A stretch of 64,000 nt of DNA from contig CAVYKI010000012.1 in assembly GCA_963769025.1 (NCBI GenBank), forward strand, positions 192,001-256,000, written 5' to 3'. Below the pieces are notes generated by a model, which was not told the DNA's origin, made no database searches, and was given only the letters and a program-made list of their open reading frames with translations. Origin of the DNA: an uncultured Verrucomicrobiae bacterium. GTDB lineage: Bacteria > Verrucomicrobiota > Verrucomicrobiia > Chthoniobacterales > Chthoniobacteraceae. The number at the start of each line of letters is the position of its first letter. Positions within the stretch are counted from its first letter, which is position 1. Of the stretch, positions 49,083-59,602 are shown in pieces. A program made the translations under genes and the position numbers.

Positions 49083-51344
49083 CTATCGGCGCGGAGCGGC
49101 AGCCGTGGCATCCAGCGCCTTCCGCGCGGCACGGCGAACGTAGTCGTTTCCGTCGGACAGCAGCGGCTTGAGTTTTTCGGCGAATGGTTGTCCTTTCGCT
49201 CCGAGTCGTCCGATTCGTTCGCACGCCCATGCGCGCGCATCGGCGGACGGAAGCGCGAGCGCTTGCTCGAGCGTCGCGGCATCGCGCACATGCGCAGCCC
49301 GCAGCGCCTCCAGCGCAAAGACCCGATCCTCGCTGTTCGTGAGCATGCTGACGAGGGAGCCGAGCGCGGGAACCACCTTGTCCGGTTCCTTATCACCGAG
49401 TTGCCCGACGATTTCCGCAGCGGTGCGACGGACGGACACCTGCGAATCGTGCAGCGCCTCCATCAATGCAGGCAGCGAATCCTGCACCGCGAGGTGCACC
49501 TTTACCCCTGCACGCAACGCAGCGGATCGAATCTCCGCATCGCCATCCTTCGACGCCGCGGCAATCAATCCCGCCGAATCGGGCGACGCCGAAGCGCCGA
49601 GCGCGCTGAGAATCGCGAGCCGATCCGGCTTTCCGGCCTCCGGGTAAAGCTCCACCAGCTTCGCAGCCGTGGCAGCGTCTGCACCCGTTTTCGCGAGAGC
49701 ATCGAGCGCTGCGCTGCGGTTGGCAGGGTCGTCGAGTTTCGCCACAAGCCGTTTTATCAGCGAGGGATCGCTGCCGCCGACGGCGCCCGCTGCGCGGAGC
49801 GCGGCGGTACGGACGGATGCGTCCGGATCATCGAGCAACGGCGTGAGCGCACCCGAAAGCCCGCGCGCCGACTTTCCCATGGCACCCGCGGCTGTCGCCG
49901 CGGAGAGTCGCACCACCGCCGCGGAATCGCGCATTGCGCCTTCGATCTTTTTCAAAGTACCGCCCATGTCCGTCTCCATCGAGACGAGCGCGCTCAGCGC
50001 CGTCGCGCGGACGAACGGGTCGGAGTCGGCAGTGAGCTTGAGAACCTGCGCGCGGACTTCGCGCGCCTGCTCGCCGAGCGCGTTCAGCGTGCCGAGCGCG
50101 GCGACGCGGACAGGCGCGGCGGGAGAGTCCAGCGCCTTCGTCAGCTCCGGGATTCCCGCGCCGCCGATTCCGGCGAGCAGTTGAATCACCCAATGCTCGC
50201 GGTTCAGCGACGCGGCCGGGACCTTTTCGAGCTGCTTCAAAAGCTCCGGCACCGCAGGCCCGCCGATCTCCATGAGCGCGGAACGATATCCCTCACCCTT
50301 TTGTGCAAACGCCACCAGCTTTGGCAGCGCCGAACGCGCCGCGGGACCGAGGCGGCCGAGCGCGAGCGCCGCGCGTTCGGAAACGCCGGCCTGCGAGTCC
50401 ATCAGCAGCGCAGTGAGCGCCGGGACGACGACCTTCTCCGCGGGGCGGATCGTGAGCAGTCCGTTGAGCGCGGCCGACTGAAGTTCCGCGTCGCCGTCGC
50501 GCAAGGCTTTCACAAGCGGCGGCACGACCTGCTCCTGCGGGAGGCCGACGCGCGGCAGCGCCGTGAGCATCGCGGCGCGCACGGAGCCGTCCTTCTCGGA
50601 CTGCAACTGCGCGAGCAACGCCGGCCCTGCATCGGCAGCCGCGGCACCGATCGCCGCAAGCGCGCGCACGGAGCCGGAGCGGAGGCGCGGGTCCGGCCAG
50701 GCGATCAATTTTGAAAGCGGAGCGATGGCGTCCTTCCCGATGAGCGCGAGCGTCTCGATGACTTCGGTGCGGAGTTCCTCGTCGGCGTGGCCGAGGTTTT
50801 CGATCAAGGCAGGGATTGCATCGCCGGAGCGCGCACCCATTCCGCCGAGCGCCTTCGTGGCACCGAGCCGCATGCCGGTGTCGTTCGACTTCAGCGCGTC
50901 GATGAGCACGGGACGCGCGGCATCGCCGATGCACGCGAGCGCATGCGCCGAACGCATGAGCATCTGCGCCTTGTCCCGCGGGCGGATGTCCCGGTTCCGG
51001 CTGGAGTCGAACGTGAGCATGAGCCGAGGGATCGCCTCCGCGGCAGCAGGGCCGATGGCGGCGATGGCGCTGCACGCGTTGCCCCAGACCTGCTTGTCGG
51101 GATCGTCGAGCGCCTTGATGAGTTCCGGCAGCGCCGGCTTCGCAGCGGCGCCAAGTTTTTCAAGCAGATGACCTGCCTCGCGCCGCGTGTCGCGATCGGT
51201 GGCGCTCAGCTGCTCCGCAAGTTTTGCCGCGTCCGGCGGCGCTTCCGCCGCGGCGGAAAAGTTCACGCAGACCAGCAATGCGAAGCCCGCGGCGATGCCG
51301 CGAGAAAGCCAGCGCCCGGATGCCATGCAACTGCGCAACTGCAT
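49083..51344 (-). CDS. Secreted HEAT-repeat protein
   Basis: Many LxDxDxxVRxxAxxALG repeats; N-terminal signal-like segment. Confidence 0.88.
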   Translation of the reverse strand: MQLRSCMASGRWLSRGIAAGFALLVCVNFSAAAEAPPDAAKLAEQLSATDRDTRREAGHLLEKLGAAAKPALPELIKALDDPDKQVWGNACSAIAAIGPAAAEAIPRLMLTFDSSRNRDIRPRDKAQMLMRSAHALACIGDAARPVLIDALKSNDTGMRLGATKALGGMGARSGDAIPALIENLGHADEELRTEVIETLALIGKDAIAPLSKLIAWPDPRLRSGSVRALAAIGAAAADAGPALLAQLQSEKDGSVRAAMLTALPRVGLPQEQVVPPLVKALRDGDAELQSAALNGLLTIRPAEKVVVPALTALLMDSQAGVSERAALALGRLGPAARSALPKLVAFAQKGEGYRSALMEIGGPAVPELLKQLEKVPAASLNREHWVIQLLAGIGGAGIPELTKALDSPAAPVRVAALGTLNALGEQAREVRAQVLKLTADSDPFVRATALSALVSMETDMGGTLKKIEGAMRDSAAVVRLSAATAAGAMGKSARGLSGALTPLLDDPDASVRTAALRAAGAVGGSDPSLIKRLVAKLDDPANRSAALDALAKTGADAATAAKLVELYPEAGKPDRLAILSALGASASPDSAGLIAAASKDGDAEIRSAALRAGVKVHLAVQDSLPALMEALHDSQVSVRRTAAEIVGQLGDKEPDKVVPALGSLVSMLTNSEDRVFALEALRAAHVRDAATLEQALALPSADARAWACERIGRLGAKGQPFAEKLKPLLSDGNDYVRRAARKALDATAAAPRR

Positions 51345-51350
51345 CGCGCG

Positions 51351-52721
51351 TCAGCCTTCCAGCCCGCGCAAAATCCCCGTGCTGTCGCCGTGCCGCGTCA
51401 CGGCGGCACCGGCCTTGTTCAGCATCGTCAGGAGCAGATTGCACATCGGTGTTTCCGAAGTGTAGCGGAGGTGGCGGCCCGTCATGATCTTCCCGCCCGC
51501 ACGGCCCGCGATGGCGAGCGGCAGGTTTTCGTGCTCGTGACGGTTGCCGTCGGCGAGCGCCGCACCGTAGAGGATCATCGAGTTGTCGAGCACGGTGCCG
51601 TCGCCCTCGGGCATGCTCTTGAGCCTGCCGAGGAGATATGCGAACTGCCGGATGTGGAAGCGGTTGATCTCGCGGATCTGGCGGAGGTTTTCGGCGTTGC
51701 CCTGGTGATGCGAAAGCTCGTGGTGCCCGCGCGTGATGCTCAGGTTGCGGTAGCTGCGGTTGCTGCCTTCATTGGCCAGCATGCAGGTCGCCACACGCGT
51801 GCTGTCGGTCTGGAAGGCGAGCGCGATCATGTCCATCATCAGGCGTGCGTGGTCCTCGTAGCTCTCAGGGATCACCTCGGGAACCTCGTACGCCTCGATG
51901 ATTCCCGAGTTCTGGATCGAGGCCACGCTGCGCTGCGCGGCTTCCACGCGCTCTTCGATTTCGCGCACGGCGGTGAGATACTCGTCGAGCTTCTGCCGAT
52001 CGCTGCCGCCGACTTTCGCGCTCAGCGTGCGCGCGTCTTCGAGGACAAAATCAAGGATGCTCTTGCGCTGCCGCTCGCGGCGTCCCGCGCCTTCCTTGGC
52101 GAGCTTCGGGTTCGACGATGCAAAGAGCCGCTCGAACACGAGCCGCGGATTCACCTCCGCGCCGCTCGGCGTCGTCTCGCTGCGCCATGAAATGTTGTTC
52201 GAATACGCGCATGCGTAGCCGCTGTCGCACTTGCCGCCCTGCCGTGCCGGCTCGATGCCCAACTCGATGCTGGGGAAGCGCGTCCGCCGCCCGATGGCGT
52301 CGGCAAGCACCTGATCGGCCGAGACGCCGACGCGGATGCGCGAGCTTTCGCTTTTCAGCGGCTGCGCGCCCGTGAGCCACGAGGCCGCCGCGCGCGCATG
52401 GTCGCCGGCGCCGTCGCCGTTCGCGCGGCCCTTGTCCTGGGTGAGTCCGGTGAGGACAAGCACGTCGTTCTTATGCGCCTGGAGCGGTTCGAGGGCGTAG
52501 GGCAGTTGGAAATCCGCGCCGGTCTTCGCCGGGGTCCAGTCCACCATGTTCACGCCGTTTGGCACGTAGAGAAATGCCGTGCGAATCGGCGCGCGGCCCG
52601 CGGTCGCTGCGGAGGCCTTGGCCAGCGCCGCACGCGGCACCATGGCCTCGAGGAAAGGCAGGGCCATGGTGATTCCGAGCCCGTGGAGGAAAGTTCTGCG
52701 GCTAAGTGGCTGTGCTGTCAT
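51351..52721 (-). CDS. DUF1552 domain protein (Tat signal)
   Basis: SRRTFLHGLG..ALPFLEAM, YVPNG, GDHARA, CDSGYACAYSNNISW, HHELSHH, NRHEHENLP. Confidence 0.9.
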   Translation of the reverse strand: MTAQPLSRRTFLHGLGITMALPFLEAMVPRAALAKASAATAGRAPIRTAFLYVPNGVNMVDWTPAKTGADFQLPYALEPLQAHKNDVLVLTGLTQDKGRANGDGAGDHARAAASWLTGAQPLKSESSRIRVGVSADQVLADAIGRRTRFPSIELGIEPARQGGKCDSGYACAYSNNISWRSETTPSGAEVNPRLVFERLFASSNPKLAKEGAGRRERQRKSILDFVLEDARTLSAKVGGSDRQKLDEYLTAVREIEERVEAAQRSVASIQNSGIIEAYEVPEVIPESYEDHARLMMDMIALAFQTDSTRVATCMLANEGSNRSYRNLSITRGHHELSHHQGNAENLRQIREINRFHIRQFAYLLGRLKSMPEGDGTVLDNSMILYGAALADGNRHEHENLPLAIAGRAGGKIMTGRHLRYTSETPMCNLLLTMLNKAGAAVTRHGDSTGILRGLEG

Positions 52722-52731
52722 GTCGGGATAA

Positions 52732-53889
52732 TCAGTCTGGGATATCTGAAACATTAGAGTCCGGCTTGGGCGGCTTTGCAGGCGTTTTTTGAGGCGCAAG
52801 CGGCGGCAGTTCCCCGGGCAACTTGAGCGGCAAAACGGGCTGCGTGGCGCCGTCCGGTTTTTCAACAGGAGCAGGATCCGGATTCAGCGGCTTCACCAAG
52901 CGAGGGATCGGCGCGTCCGGCACGAGCACCGCAACGTCACTCGGAGGAGAACCGAGCTTCAGACCGCCCTCGGGCGTTCGCATTGGTGGGGAGTCCAGCG
53001 TGATCGACCGCACCGGGGCCTCGACGACCACCGCCGGCAACGGTTCATGGGCAGACTTCGGCGCGGATTCGGGCTTCACGCCATCCGGGTTTCCGGCGCG
53101 ACCGGGAGCCAGTGAAAGATGTACCGCATTCTCGGTGCCCGCCCCATTTTCGGGACGCGGAGGTCTTCCCGCGGGATCCCGGCTTTCCAGCGCATGCGGG
53201 GCGGAATCGCGCGCCTCGATGAGTCGGAGTTGCATTCCGGGGATGGCCGCCCTCGGGGTGCCCTTTAGGGCTGCGGACTCCTCCAGCCCCCGGAAGCGCG
53301 TTTCCGCCTCCTCCCATTTTCCGAGCCTGCGCTCGACCTCGCCGCAGAGCAGCGCGAGGTCGCCGAATTGCCGGTCGTCCGCGCCCATTCCGTCGAGCGC
53401 CTTCACAAAATGCTCGCGGGACTTTTCCAACAGTCGCTTGGAGAGGGCCTCGCGATCCTCGACCTGCCAGGAGGCGCGCAGGTAGCTCAGCGCGATGTGG
53501 CGGTGCGGCGCCTCGAGGAGCTGCTGCACCTGCGCGAGCGTAAAGTAGGAGGGGTTCTTCGCGGCGAGCATCTGAAAGTCCCCGCCGGTCACGAAAGATC
53601 GAAGGCGCTTGAAGGCCTTCGCCTTCGCGGGGTCGTTCGCCTGCGCGTTGAGCCGGTCGCTGAAAAGCGGGAAGCGGCACTTCGGGCACTGCGGCAGCGT
53701 CGGCGGGTCCACGACATCGCCGAGCTGGCGCAGGTCGAGTCGCAGGCCCAGTGAATGCCCGGAGGTCTCGATGCGCTGTTCCCAGCGCGTACCGCAAATC
53801 GGGCAGAGAAACGCCTGATCCAGCGAGTTCACCGCGCCTGCGACGCACGCGAGGAGCAACGCCGGGAAAAGGGTGAAGAGGAACTTCAT
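52732..53889 (-). CDS. DUF2225-like Cys-motif/TPR protein with signal peptide and Pro-rich tail
   Basis: CPICG...QCPKC; YLRASW; LCGEVERRLGKWEEA. Confidence 0.65.
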   Translation of the reverse strand: MKFLFTLFPALLLACVAGAVNSLDQAFLCPICGTRWEQRIETSGHSLGLRLDLRQLGDVVDPPTLPQCPKCRFPLFSDRLNAQANDPAKAKAFKRLRSFVTGGDFQMLAAKNPSYFTLAQVQQLLEAPHRHIALSYLRASWQVEDREALSKRLLEKSREHFVKALDGMGADDRQFGDLALLCGEVERRLGKWEEAETRFRGLEESAALKGTPRAAIPGMQLRLIEARDSAPHALESRDPAGRPPRPENGAGTENAVHLSLAPGRAGNPDGVKPESAPKSAHEPLPAVVVEAPVRSITLDSPPMRTPEGGLKLGSPPSDVAVLVPDAPIPRLVKPLNPDPAPVEKPDGATQPVLPLKLPGELPPLAPQKTPAKPPKPDSNVSDIPD

Positions 53890-53944
53890 CCGTCCAACAT
53901 GCCGCGCTTTCACGGCCGCGTAAAGGGGCGGCGAGCGATGCGGC

Positions 53945-55141
53945 CTACGGCTGCGGCTTGTCCGGGCTGTTCGGTTCGGACGGCTTGTCCGTGTCGGCAG
54001 GTTTGGTCGGATCGCTTGGCTTATCCGGCTCGATCGGCCTCTCCGTATCGGCAGGCTTTTTGGGATCGCTCGGCTTGTCCGTGTCGGCGAGCTTCGCGGG
54101 TTCGGTCAGCGCCGGCGGAGTCGGCTTGTCTGCGTCAGGAAGTTTTGCGGGCGCGGCAGGCGTCTCGATTACGGCAGGCTCAACGTGGCCGGTGTGCGCG
54201 TCGCCTTCGGGCTGGTCGCCGTTGTACTCGCCGGGTTCGTGGTGGTCGCCTCGGTAATTGCCGTGCTCGTCGTGGTACTCGTCGTGGTAGGCGTGATGCT
54301 CATCCTCCACCGGGGGCACGTAAGGCGGCTCCTCCTTCGGAACGATCGCCGTCTCCTCTTTTCCACGCCGTTTTTCCAACAGCCAGACGAGCCAGATGCA
54401 CGCCTCGAAGAGCACCATGATCGGCAGCGCAAATACGAAGAGCATGAAGAGGTCGGGAGTCGGCGAAATAATCCCGGCGAGCACGAGTGCGATGGCGTAG
54501 CCGTACATGCGCATCCCTTTCAGCCAGGCGTAGCTGATCAGCCCGATGCCGCTGAGGGTCAACATGACGACGGGCAGTTCGCACACGAGCCCGATGGCGA
54601 TGCTCAGGTGCGTGACGAAGCCATAGTATTCCTTCATCGTCCAACTTGGCTTGACGCCGAAACCCGCGGCATCCGAATGCAGCCAGCGCAGCGTCACGGG
54701 GAGGACGAAATGATAGCAGAGCAGGACGCCACCGATGAAAAGTGCAAAGCCGGTGGCGACCGCAGGAAGCACGTAGCGCTTCTCCTTCCGCGTGAGCGCA
54801 GGGAGGAGGAACTCCGCGAGGAAATAGAACAGGATCGGAAACGCGACGACGATGCCCGTGTAGAAGGCGAGCGTGAAGGACATCGTCACCGACTCGATCG
54901 GGCTGATGCTGATGAGCGTGCTCTCGCTCCCATGGCCGAGCGCCATCGTCAGCGGATACGCGAGCGCGGCGGCGATCTGCTTGCGGAATCCGAATGCGAA
55001 CCCCATCGCCACCGTGAGCACGACGATCATCTTCACCAGCGTCCACCGCAGGTCCTCGAGGTGATCGAGGAACGGCTTGACGATGTCGCCGTCGCCGGTC
55101 TGCTCGTCGCGCTTCTTAAAAAGTTTCTTTAGCAACCACAT
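53945..55141 (-). CDS. tatC: Twin-arginine translocase subunit TatC with a long C-terminal extension
   Basis: PFLDHLEDLRW, FLLPALTRKEKR, ELPVV, ISPTPD motifs. Confidence 0.93.
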   Translation of the reverse strand: MWLLKKLFKKRDEQTGDGDIVKPFLDHLEDLRWTLVKMIVVLTVAMGFAFGFRKQIAAALAYPLTMALGHGSESTLISISPIESVTMSFTLAFYTGIVVAFPILFYFLAEFLLPALTRKEKRYVLPAVATGFALFIGGVLLCYHFVLPVTLRWLHSDAAGFGVKPSWTMKEYYGFVTHLSIAIGLVCELPVVMLTLSGIGLISYAWLKGMRMYGYAIALVLAGIISPTPDLFMLFVFALPIMVLFEACIWLVWLLEKRRGKEETAIVPKEEPPYVPPVEDEHHAYHDEYHDEHGNYRGDHHEPGEYNGDQPEGDAHTGHVEPAVIETPAAPAKLPDADKPTPPALTEPAKLADTDKPSDPKKPADTERPIEPDKPSDPTKPADTDKPSEPNSPDKPQP

Positions 55142-55344
55142 GGGCGGCGGAAGATGGGGAGTCGGACGGCGGGTGGGAAGCGGAATTCCACATGGAAGTG
55201 AACCGCGGCCGAGGCTGCGTCTTCGCAGAAATCACGCACGGGTGCGCTGCTTGGGAAGAAGCGGCAGCGATCCCCAAGCCGGCTCAAGGAGCAGCCAAGC
55301 GTTCACGCCGACCCGGGAGTCGGCACCACGATCCAAACAGGCTG

Positions 55345-56250
55345 CTAGAAACTGAGCTTGAGACCCACCTGTCCGTAGATCGCGCCGCTCTTGGTCTGAT
55401 AGTTGTCGCCGACCTTGTGGTAGTCGAAATCGCGGTAGGCCATGTAGCCGACTTCGAGGTCGAGCGTGCGCTTTGCGCCGAACTTCCACGACGCGCCGGC
55501 CCCGGCGCGGACTTCCGTGTAGTCCACGAGTGCGTTGCGGTAATTCCGCCCGCCGGGCCCGTTGGCGAAATTGCTGTTCACGCGGAAGGTGGAAGCGATG
55601 ATTTGCCCGCCCGCATGGAGCGTGAGGTCCTCGGTGGCCTGGAACTCGATCCGCGGGTTCGGCGGGACGACGTTCAGCACCCAGCGATCGGCCATTTTCC
55701 AGCGGAAACCCACGCCACCCATGACAGGATTGCTGGCGTTCGGGTTGATGGACAGCCCCGCAATCCACTGGAAGTCCTTGCTGACGAGATACGACGCTCC
55801 GAGGATGACGGGAACGTTGAAGTTGCCGGAATCAAAGCCTTGGTCGTCTCCGTAGAAGCCGGGCTGCGCCTCGATCCGGATGAGGACATCGGAAATCTTC
55901 AGATCGACTCCCGCCACGAGATTCAGCGACTGGAGGGCGCCGGGAATGAAGCCGGGCCCGGTGAAGCCGAAGTCGTGGCGATCATAACCCACGCCGAAGC
56001 GGAGGATGGGCCGATCAGGCACGGCGTAGGAGAGGACGTACAGCGAATGGTTGCTCTGGCCGGCGATGTCTGCATCGCGCCGGGGGCTGACGTTGCTGCG
56101 CGCTCCGGCGCTGGCGCTGTAGCTGCGCTCGACTTCGTGGCTGAACTCACCCGCAGGGGGCTCGATGGGGGCCTCGCGGACGATCTCGCCCGCAGGCAGC
56201 GAAGCAGCCATTCCGAAGCACAACGAAGTAAGGATGAAGGATGGTTTCAT
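55345..56250 (-). CDS. Outer-membrane beta-barrel protein (DUF6268-like)
   Basis: Signal peptide; amphipathic beta strands; C-terminal Phe (VGLKLSF). Confidence 0.7.
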   Translation of the reverse strand: MKPSFILTSLCFGMAASLPAGEIVREAPIEPPAGEFSHEVERSYSASAGARSNVSPRRDADIAGQSNHSLYVLSYAVPDRPILRFGVGYDRHDFGFTGPGFIPGALQSLNLVAGVDLKISDVLIRIEAQPGFYGDDQGFDSGNFNVPVILGASYLVSKDFQWIAGLSINPNASNPVMGGVGFRWKMADRWVLNVVPPNPRIEFQATEDLTLHAGGQIIASTFRVNSNFANGPGGRNYRNALVDYTEVRAGAGASWKFGAKRTLDLEVGYMAYRDFDYHKVGDNYQTKSGAIYGQVGLKLSF

Positions 56251-56298
56251 GGTATTGGGAGACGAGTGGGAGAGGGTCGGGAGATTGAGTGGGGGAAA

Positions 56299-57315
56299 TC
56301 AGCGCTGCGAGGAAATATCCCTCACCATTGCGGCGATGTTTTTCTGGATTTCCTTCCGCATCGCGACCGAGGCGCCGGAACGTTCGATTCCGCGCAGTTC
56401 GCCGAGCTGGCTGGAGGACAGCAGGTCCGAGCGCCACACGAGCGTCACCGCCTTGCCATCCACCTGCATGGGCCACATCTGCGAGATGGTGAGCATGACA
56501 AAATATCCGTCGCTCGAATAAAACTGCACCGTGCCGCTCTGGGCCGACTCGCCGGCAGAGCGCGAATACGTCGCCCCGAGCGCCACCGCCGCGCGTCCCT
56601 CGACGTCGAACATGTCGTAGTAAAGCGAGGGACTCCCGCCCCCGCCCGTCATCATCCCCGTGAGCGCGGAGAATTGCTTGCGAAGCGCCGGACGCTCCCG
56701 GAGCAATGCCGCGGCCTCGTCCGCAGGCCGGATCGCGCCGCTGCGAGTGGCATAGGCAGGCTGGGCTGCGAGTCCGCCCTGCGCGAATGCGCTCGCGCGG
56801 CCGTGCAGGAGGTTGACCCAAAATGCGCTGATGCTTGGCGACATCGCGCCTCTCGCACCGCCCTCGATCTTTGCGGCGCCTTTCGCCTCCGCGGCGCTCA
56901 TCTGCAGTTCAGGCCGCTCGGGATTCAGCTTTTCCGTCGCGGCGATGAACTTGCTCACGGACGAATTCTGCGGCGCAGACGCGATGCGCTGGAAATCCTG
57001 CGGCGAGGGCCGCCGCGGCAGATCCACATGCTGGTAAATTTTCAGCTCGGAATGCCGCATGCCGTTCCACCGCTGCTGCAGTTCGCTGGCCTTCGCCACC
57101 GGAAGCGGGACGATAAAGAGCGACTCGACCTCAAGCCCGCGCGCAAATCTCATCGTCGGACCGCTCGCGGAGACGACGTCGCCCTTTGCGAGCTTCTTCA
57201 GATCGACCTCCTTGAAATTGGAGAACGAGGTGATCTCCGAGACCGGGTCCGCCATCAGGTGGGGAATCGCCGCCGCCGCGAACATGAGAAACGAGAAAGG
57301 AATCGAAGTGCGCAT
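56299..57315 (-). CDS. Secreted hypothetical protein
   Basis: Signal peptide; long ORF co-oriented with neighbours. Confidence 0.65.
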   Translation of the reverse strand: MRTSIPFSFLMFAAAAIPHLMADPVSEITSFSNFKEVDLKKLAKGDVVSASGPTMRFARGLEVESLFIVPLPVAKASELQQRWNGMRHSELKIYQHVDLPRRPSPQDFQRIASAPQNSSVSKFIAATEKLNPERPELQMSAAEAKGAAKIEGGARGAMSPSISAFWVNLLHGRASAFAQGGLAAQPAYATRSGAIRPADEAAALLRERPALRKQFSALTGMMTGGGGSPSLYYDMFDVEGRAAVALGATYSRSAGESAQSGTVQFYSSDGYFVMLTISQMWPMQVDGKAVTLVWRSDLLSSSQLGELRGIERSGASVAMRKEIQKNIAAMVRDISSQR

Positions 57316-57457
57316 AATCGTAACCTCTGGTTGGAGCGAGTTGGTATGAAAGGAGGGCGATGGTTGTCAACCCCGTCCATCGTCGCGCGGCCGGCATCCG
57401 GCTGTAGTCACCGAGCGGTATTGCGATCCGTTGGCATTCTGTTCATGCTGCCAGCGC

Positions 57458-58408
57458 ATGTCGGACCCGATCATCGTCCTCAAAAACCTCCGCAAGGCCT
57501 ATGGCGCCACGATCGCGGCGAACGATCTGACCATTGCCATCCCGCGCGGCGAAATTTTCGGCTTCCTCGGCGCGAATGGCGCGGGAAAGACGACGACCAT
57601 GCGGATGCTCTGCGGCCTCACGCGGCCGACCTCCGGGCACGGGTTCATCGACGGGCTCGATGTCTGGACGGACCGCTACCGCATCCGGTCAAAGTTCGGC
57701 TACGTCGCGCAAAAGTTCAGCCTCTACCCGGACCTCACCGTCACGGAAAACCTCGCGTTTTTCGGCGGCGCCTTCCGTGTGCCACGGGAGACGCTCGGCC
57801 CGCGCATCGAGACCCTGCTCGCGCAGATGGACCTCGTCGCCAAGCGCGACGCGATGGCCGGCAGCCTCTCCGGCGGCATGAAGCAGCTCCTCGCGCTCGC
57901 ATGCGCACTCGTCCACTCGCCACCGCTGCTTTTCCTCGATGAACCGACCTCCGGCCTCGACCCGGTGCACCGCCAGCAGCTGTGGAATCTGCTCTACGAG
58001 CTCGGCACGCACGGAACGACCATCTTCGTCACCACGCACTACATGGATGAAGCCGAGCGCTGCACCGAAGTCGGCTTCGTGCGCGAGGGCCGGCTGCTCG
58101 TGAGGGACACGCCGCGCCGGCTGAAGGCGTCCTTCAAGTCCAAGCTCCTCGAACTCGAAGTCGATCCCGTGATGCCCGCCCTGAGCGCGCTCCGCAGCGC
58201 ACCCGGCGTGCTCGACGCGACGCTCCGCAGCGGCCACGCGCGCATCTACGCCGCCGAACCCGAACGGCTGCTGCGCGAATGGCAGCGGGCCTGGCCATTT
58301 CCCGAATTCACGTGGAAAAGCCACGCCTGGGTCGAGCCCGACATGGAGGACGTCTTCAAAGCCTGGTCACAAGGATTCACCGAACTTCTCGACAGGAGCG
58401 ACCCATGA
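57458..58408 (+). CDS. ABC transporter ATP-binding protein
   Basis: GANGAGKTT, LSGGMKQ, LFLDEPTSGLDP, TTHYMDEAE. Confidence 0.93.
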   Translation: MSDPIIVLKNLRKAYGATIAANDLTIAIPRGEIFGFLGANGAGKTTTMRMLCGLTRPTSGHGFIDGLDVWTDRYRIRSKFGYVAQKFSLYPDLTVTENLAFFGGAFRVPRETLGPRIETLLAQMDLVAKRDAMAGSLSGGMKQLLALACALVHSPPLLFLDEPTSGLDPVHRQQLWNLLYELGTHGTTIFVTTHYMDEAERCTEVGFVREGRLLVRDTPRRLKASFKSKLLELEVDPVMPALSALRSAPGVLDATLRSGHARIYAAEPERLLREWQRAWPFPEFTWKSHAWVEPDMEDVFKAWSQGFTELLDRSDP

Positions 58409-59593
58409 ACATTCGCACGATTTGGAATCCCATCGCCAGCGTCGCACTGAAGGAGCTCCTCCACCTCTGGCGCGACAAGCGCATCCTCGCGCTCATCATC
58501 ATCCTGCCGCCGTTCTTCACCCTGCTCTTCGGCCATGCGTTCGAGAGCACCGCGCTCACCGGCGTCCCGGCCGTGCTCATCGATCGCGACAAGACCGCAC
58601 AAAGCGAAAAGCTGCGTGAACTCCTCGCGGAAAGCGAAATCTTCGAGTGGAAGACAACCGCCGACACCGGAAGCGACCCGGACCTTCTCCGGGAAAAAAT
58701 CAGCGCCGCTATCATCATTCCGGAAAAGTGGAGCGAGGGCATCCGCATGGGTGATCCGCAGCCCATCCAGCTCGTGCTCGACGGAACCGACGCGACGACC
58801 GCCGAGGAACTGCAGGGCCGCGCGCAGGAAGTCCTCGGGAAATACCAGCTCGCCGCGCGCGATGAGATGATCGAGCAGCTCCCCGACGAAGTCATCGAGA
58901 TGGGCAAAAAGCTGCCCGTCGAAACCCGCAAGCAATTCGTCTCCGCCATGACGCCGTGGACGATGGAAGGCAAGATTCTCTACAACCCCGGGCTGCGGTT
59001 CATCGACTTCGTCACGCCGGGAATCATCGGCCTCATCCTGCAATTGCTCACCGTCACGCTCATGGCCTGCACGATCGCTCGCGAACGCGAGACCGGGACG
59101 CTCGCCCAGCTCATCGTCACGCCGCTGCGCCGCGTGGAGATCGTCATCGGCAAAGTCGTCCCCTACCTCGGCATCTCGCTGTTCCTCATCGGCGTCACCA
59201 TCGCCGTCGCGTACTTTCACTTCGGCGTGCATTTCCGCCAGCCGGTCATGCTCGGCATCATCTGCTTCCTGTTCCTGCTCTGCTCGCTCGGCTCCGGGCT
59301 GCTCATCTCCGCGTTCTGCCAGACGCAGACGCAGGCGATTCAGTTCGCCGTATTCTACCTGCTCCCGGTGTTCCCGCTTTCCGGCGCATTCGCGCCCATC
59401 GAGCGCCTGCCCGCCGGCGTGCGCGTCGTGTCGGACATTTTTCCGCTCACGCATTTCTGTGAAGCCTTCCGTATGGCGAGCCTGCGCAACGCGGAGTTCT
59501 CCTACTTCGCCGGCGATCTCGCTTTTCCTCGCCGTCGGCGCAATCCTCACGTGCGGCGGCGCCGCGTGGATCCTCAGCCGGACGGATGCGTAA
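58405..59593 (+). CDS. ABC-2 type permease (one frameshift at the T-run ~59523)
   Basis: KELLHLWRD, YNPGLRFIDFVTPG, ARERETGTLAQLIVTPL, LSGAFAPIERLP; shifted frame ends LAVGAILTCGGAAWILSRTDA*. Confidence 0.88.
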
Positions 59594-59602
59594 GGCGGAA
59601 GT

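Noticed and set aside
55192..57942. Very long alternative ORFs (e.g. 55192-57942 +, 28417-31008 -, 6777-8993 -, 20980-23088 +)
   Set aside because: Antisense shadows of recognisable genes in high-GC DNA; no motifs
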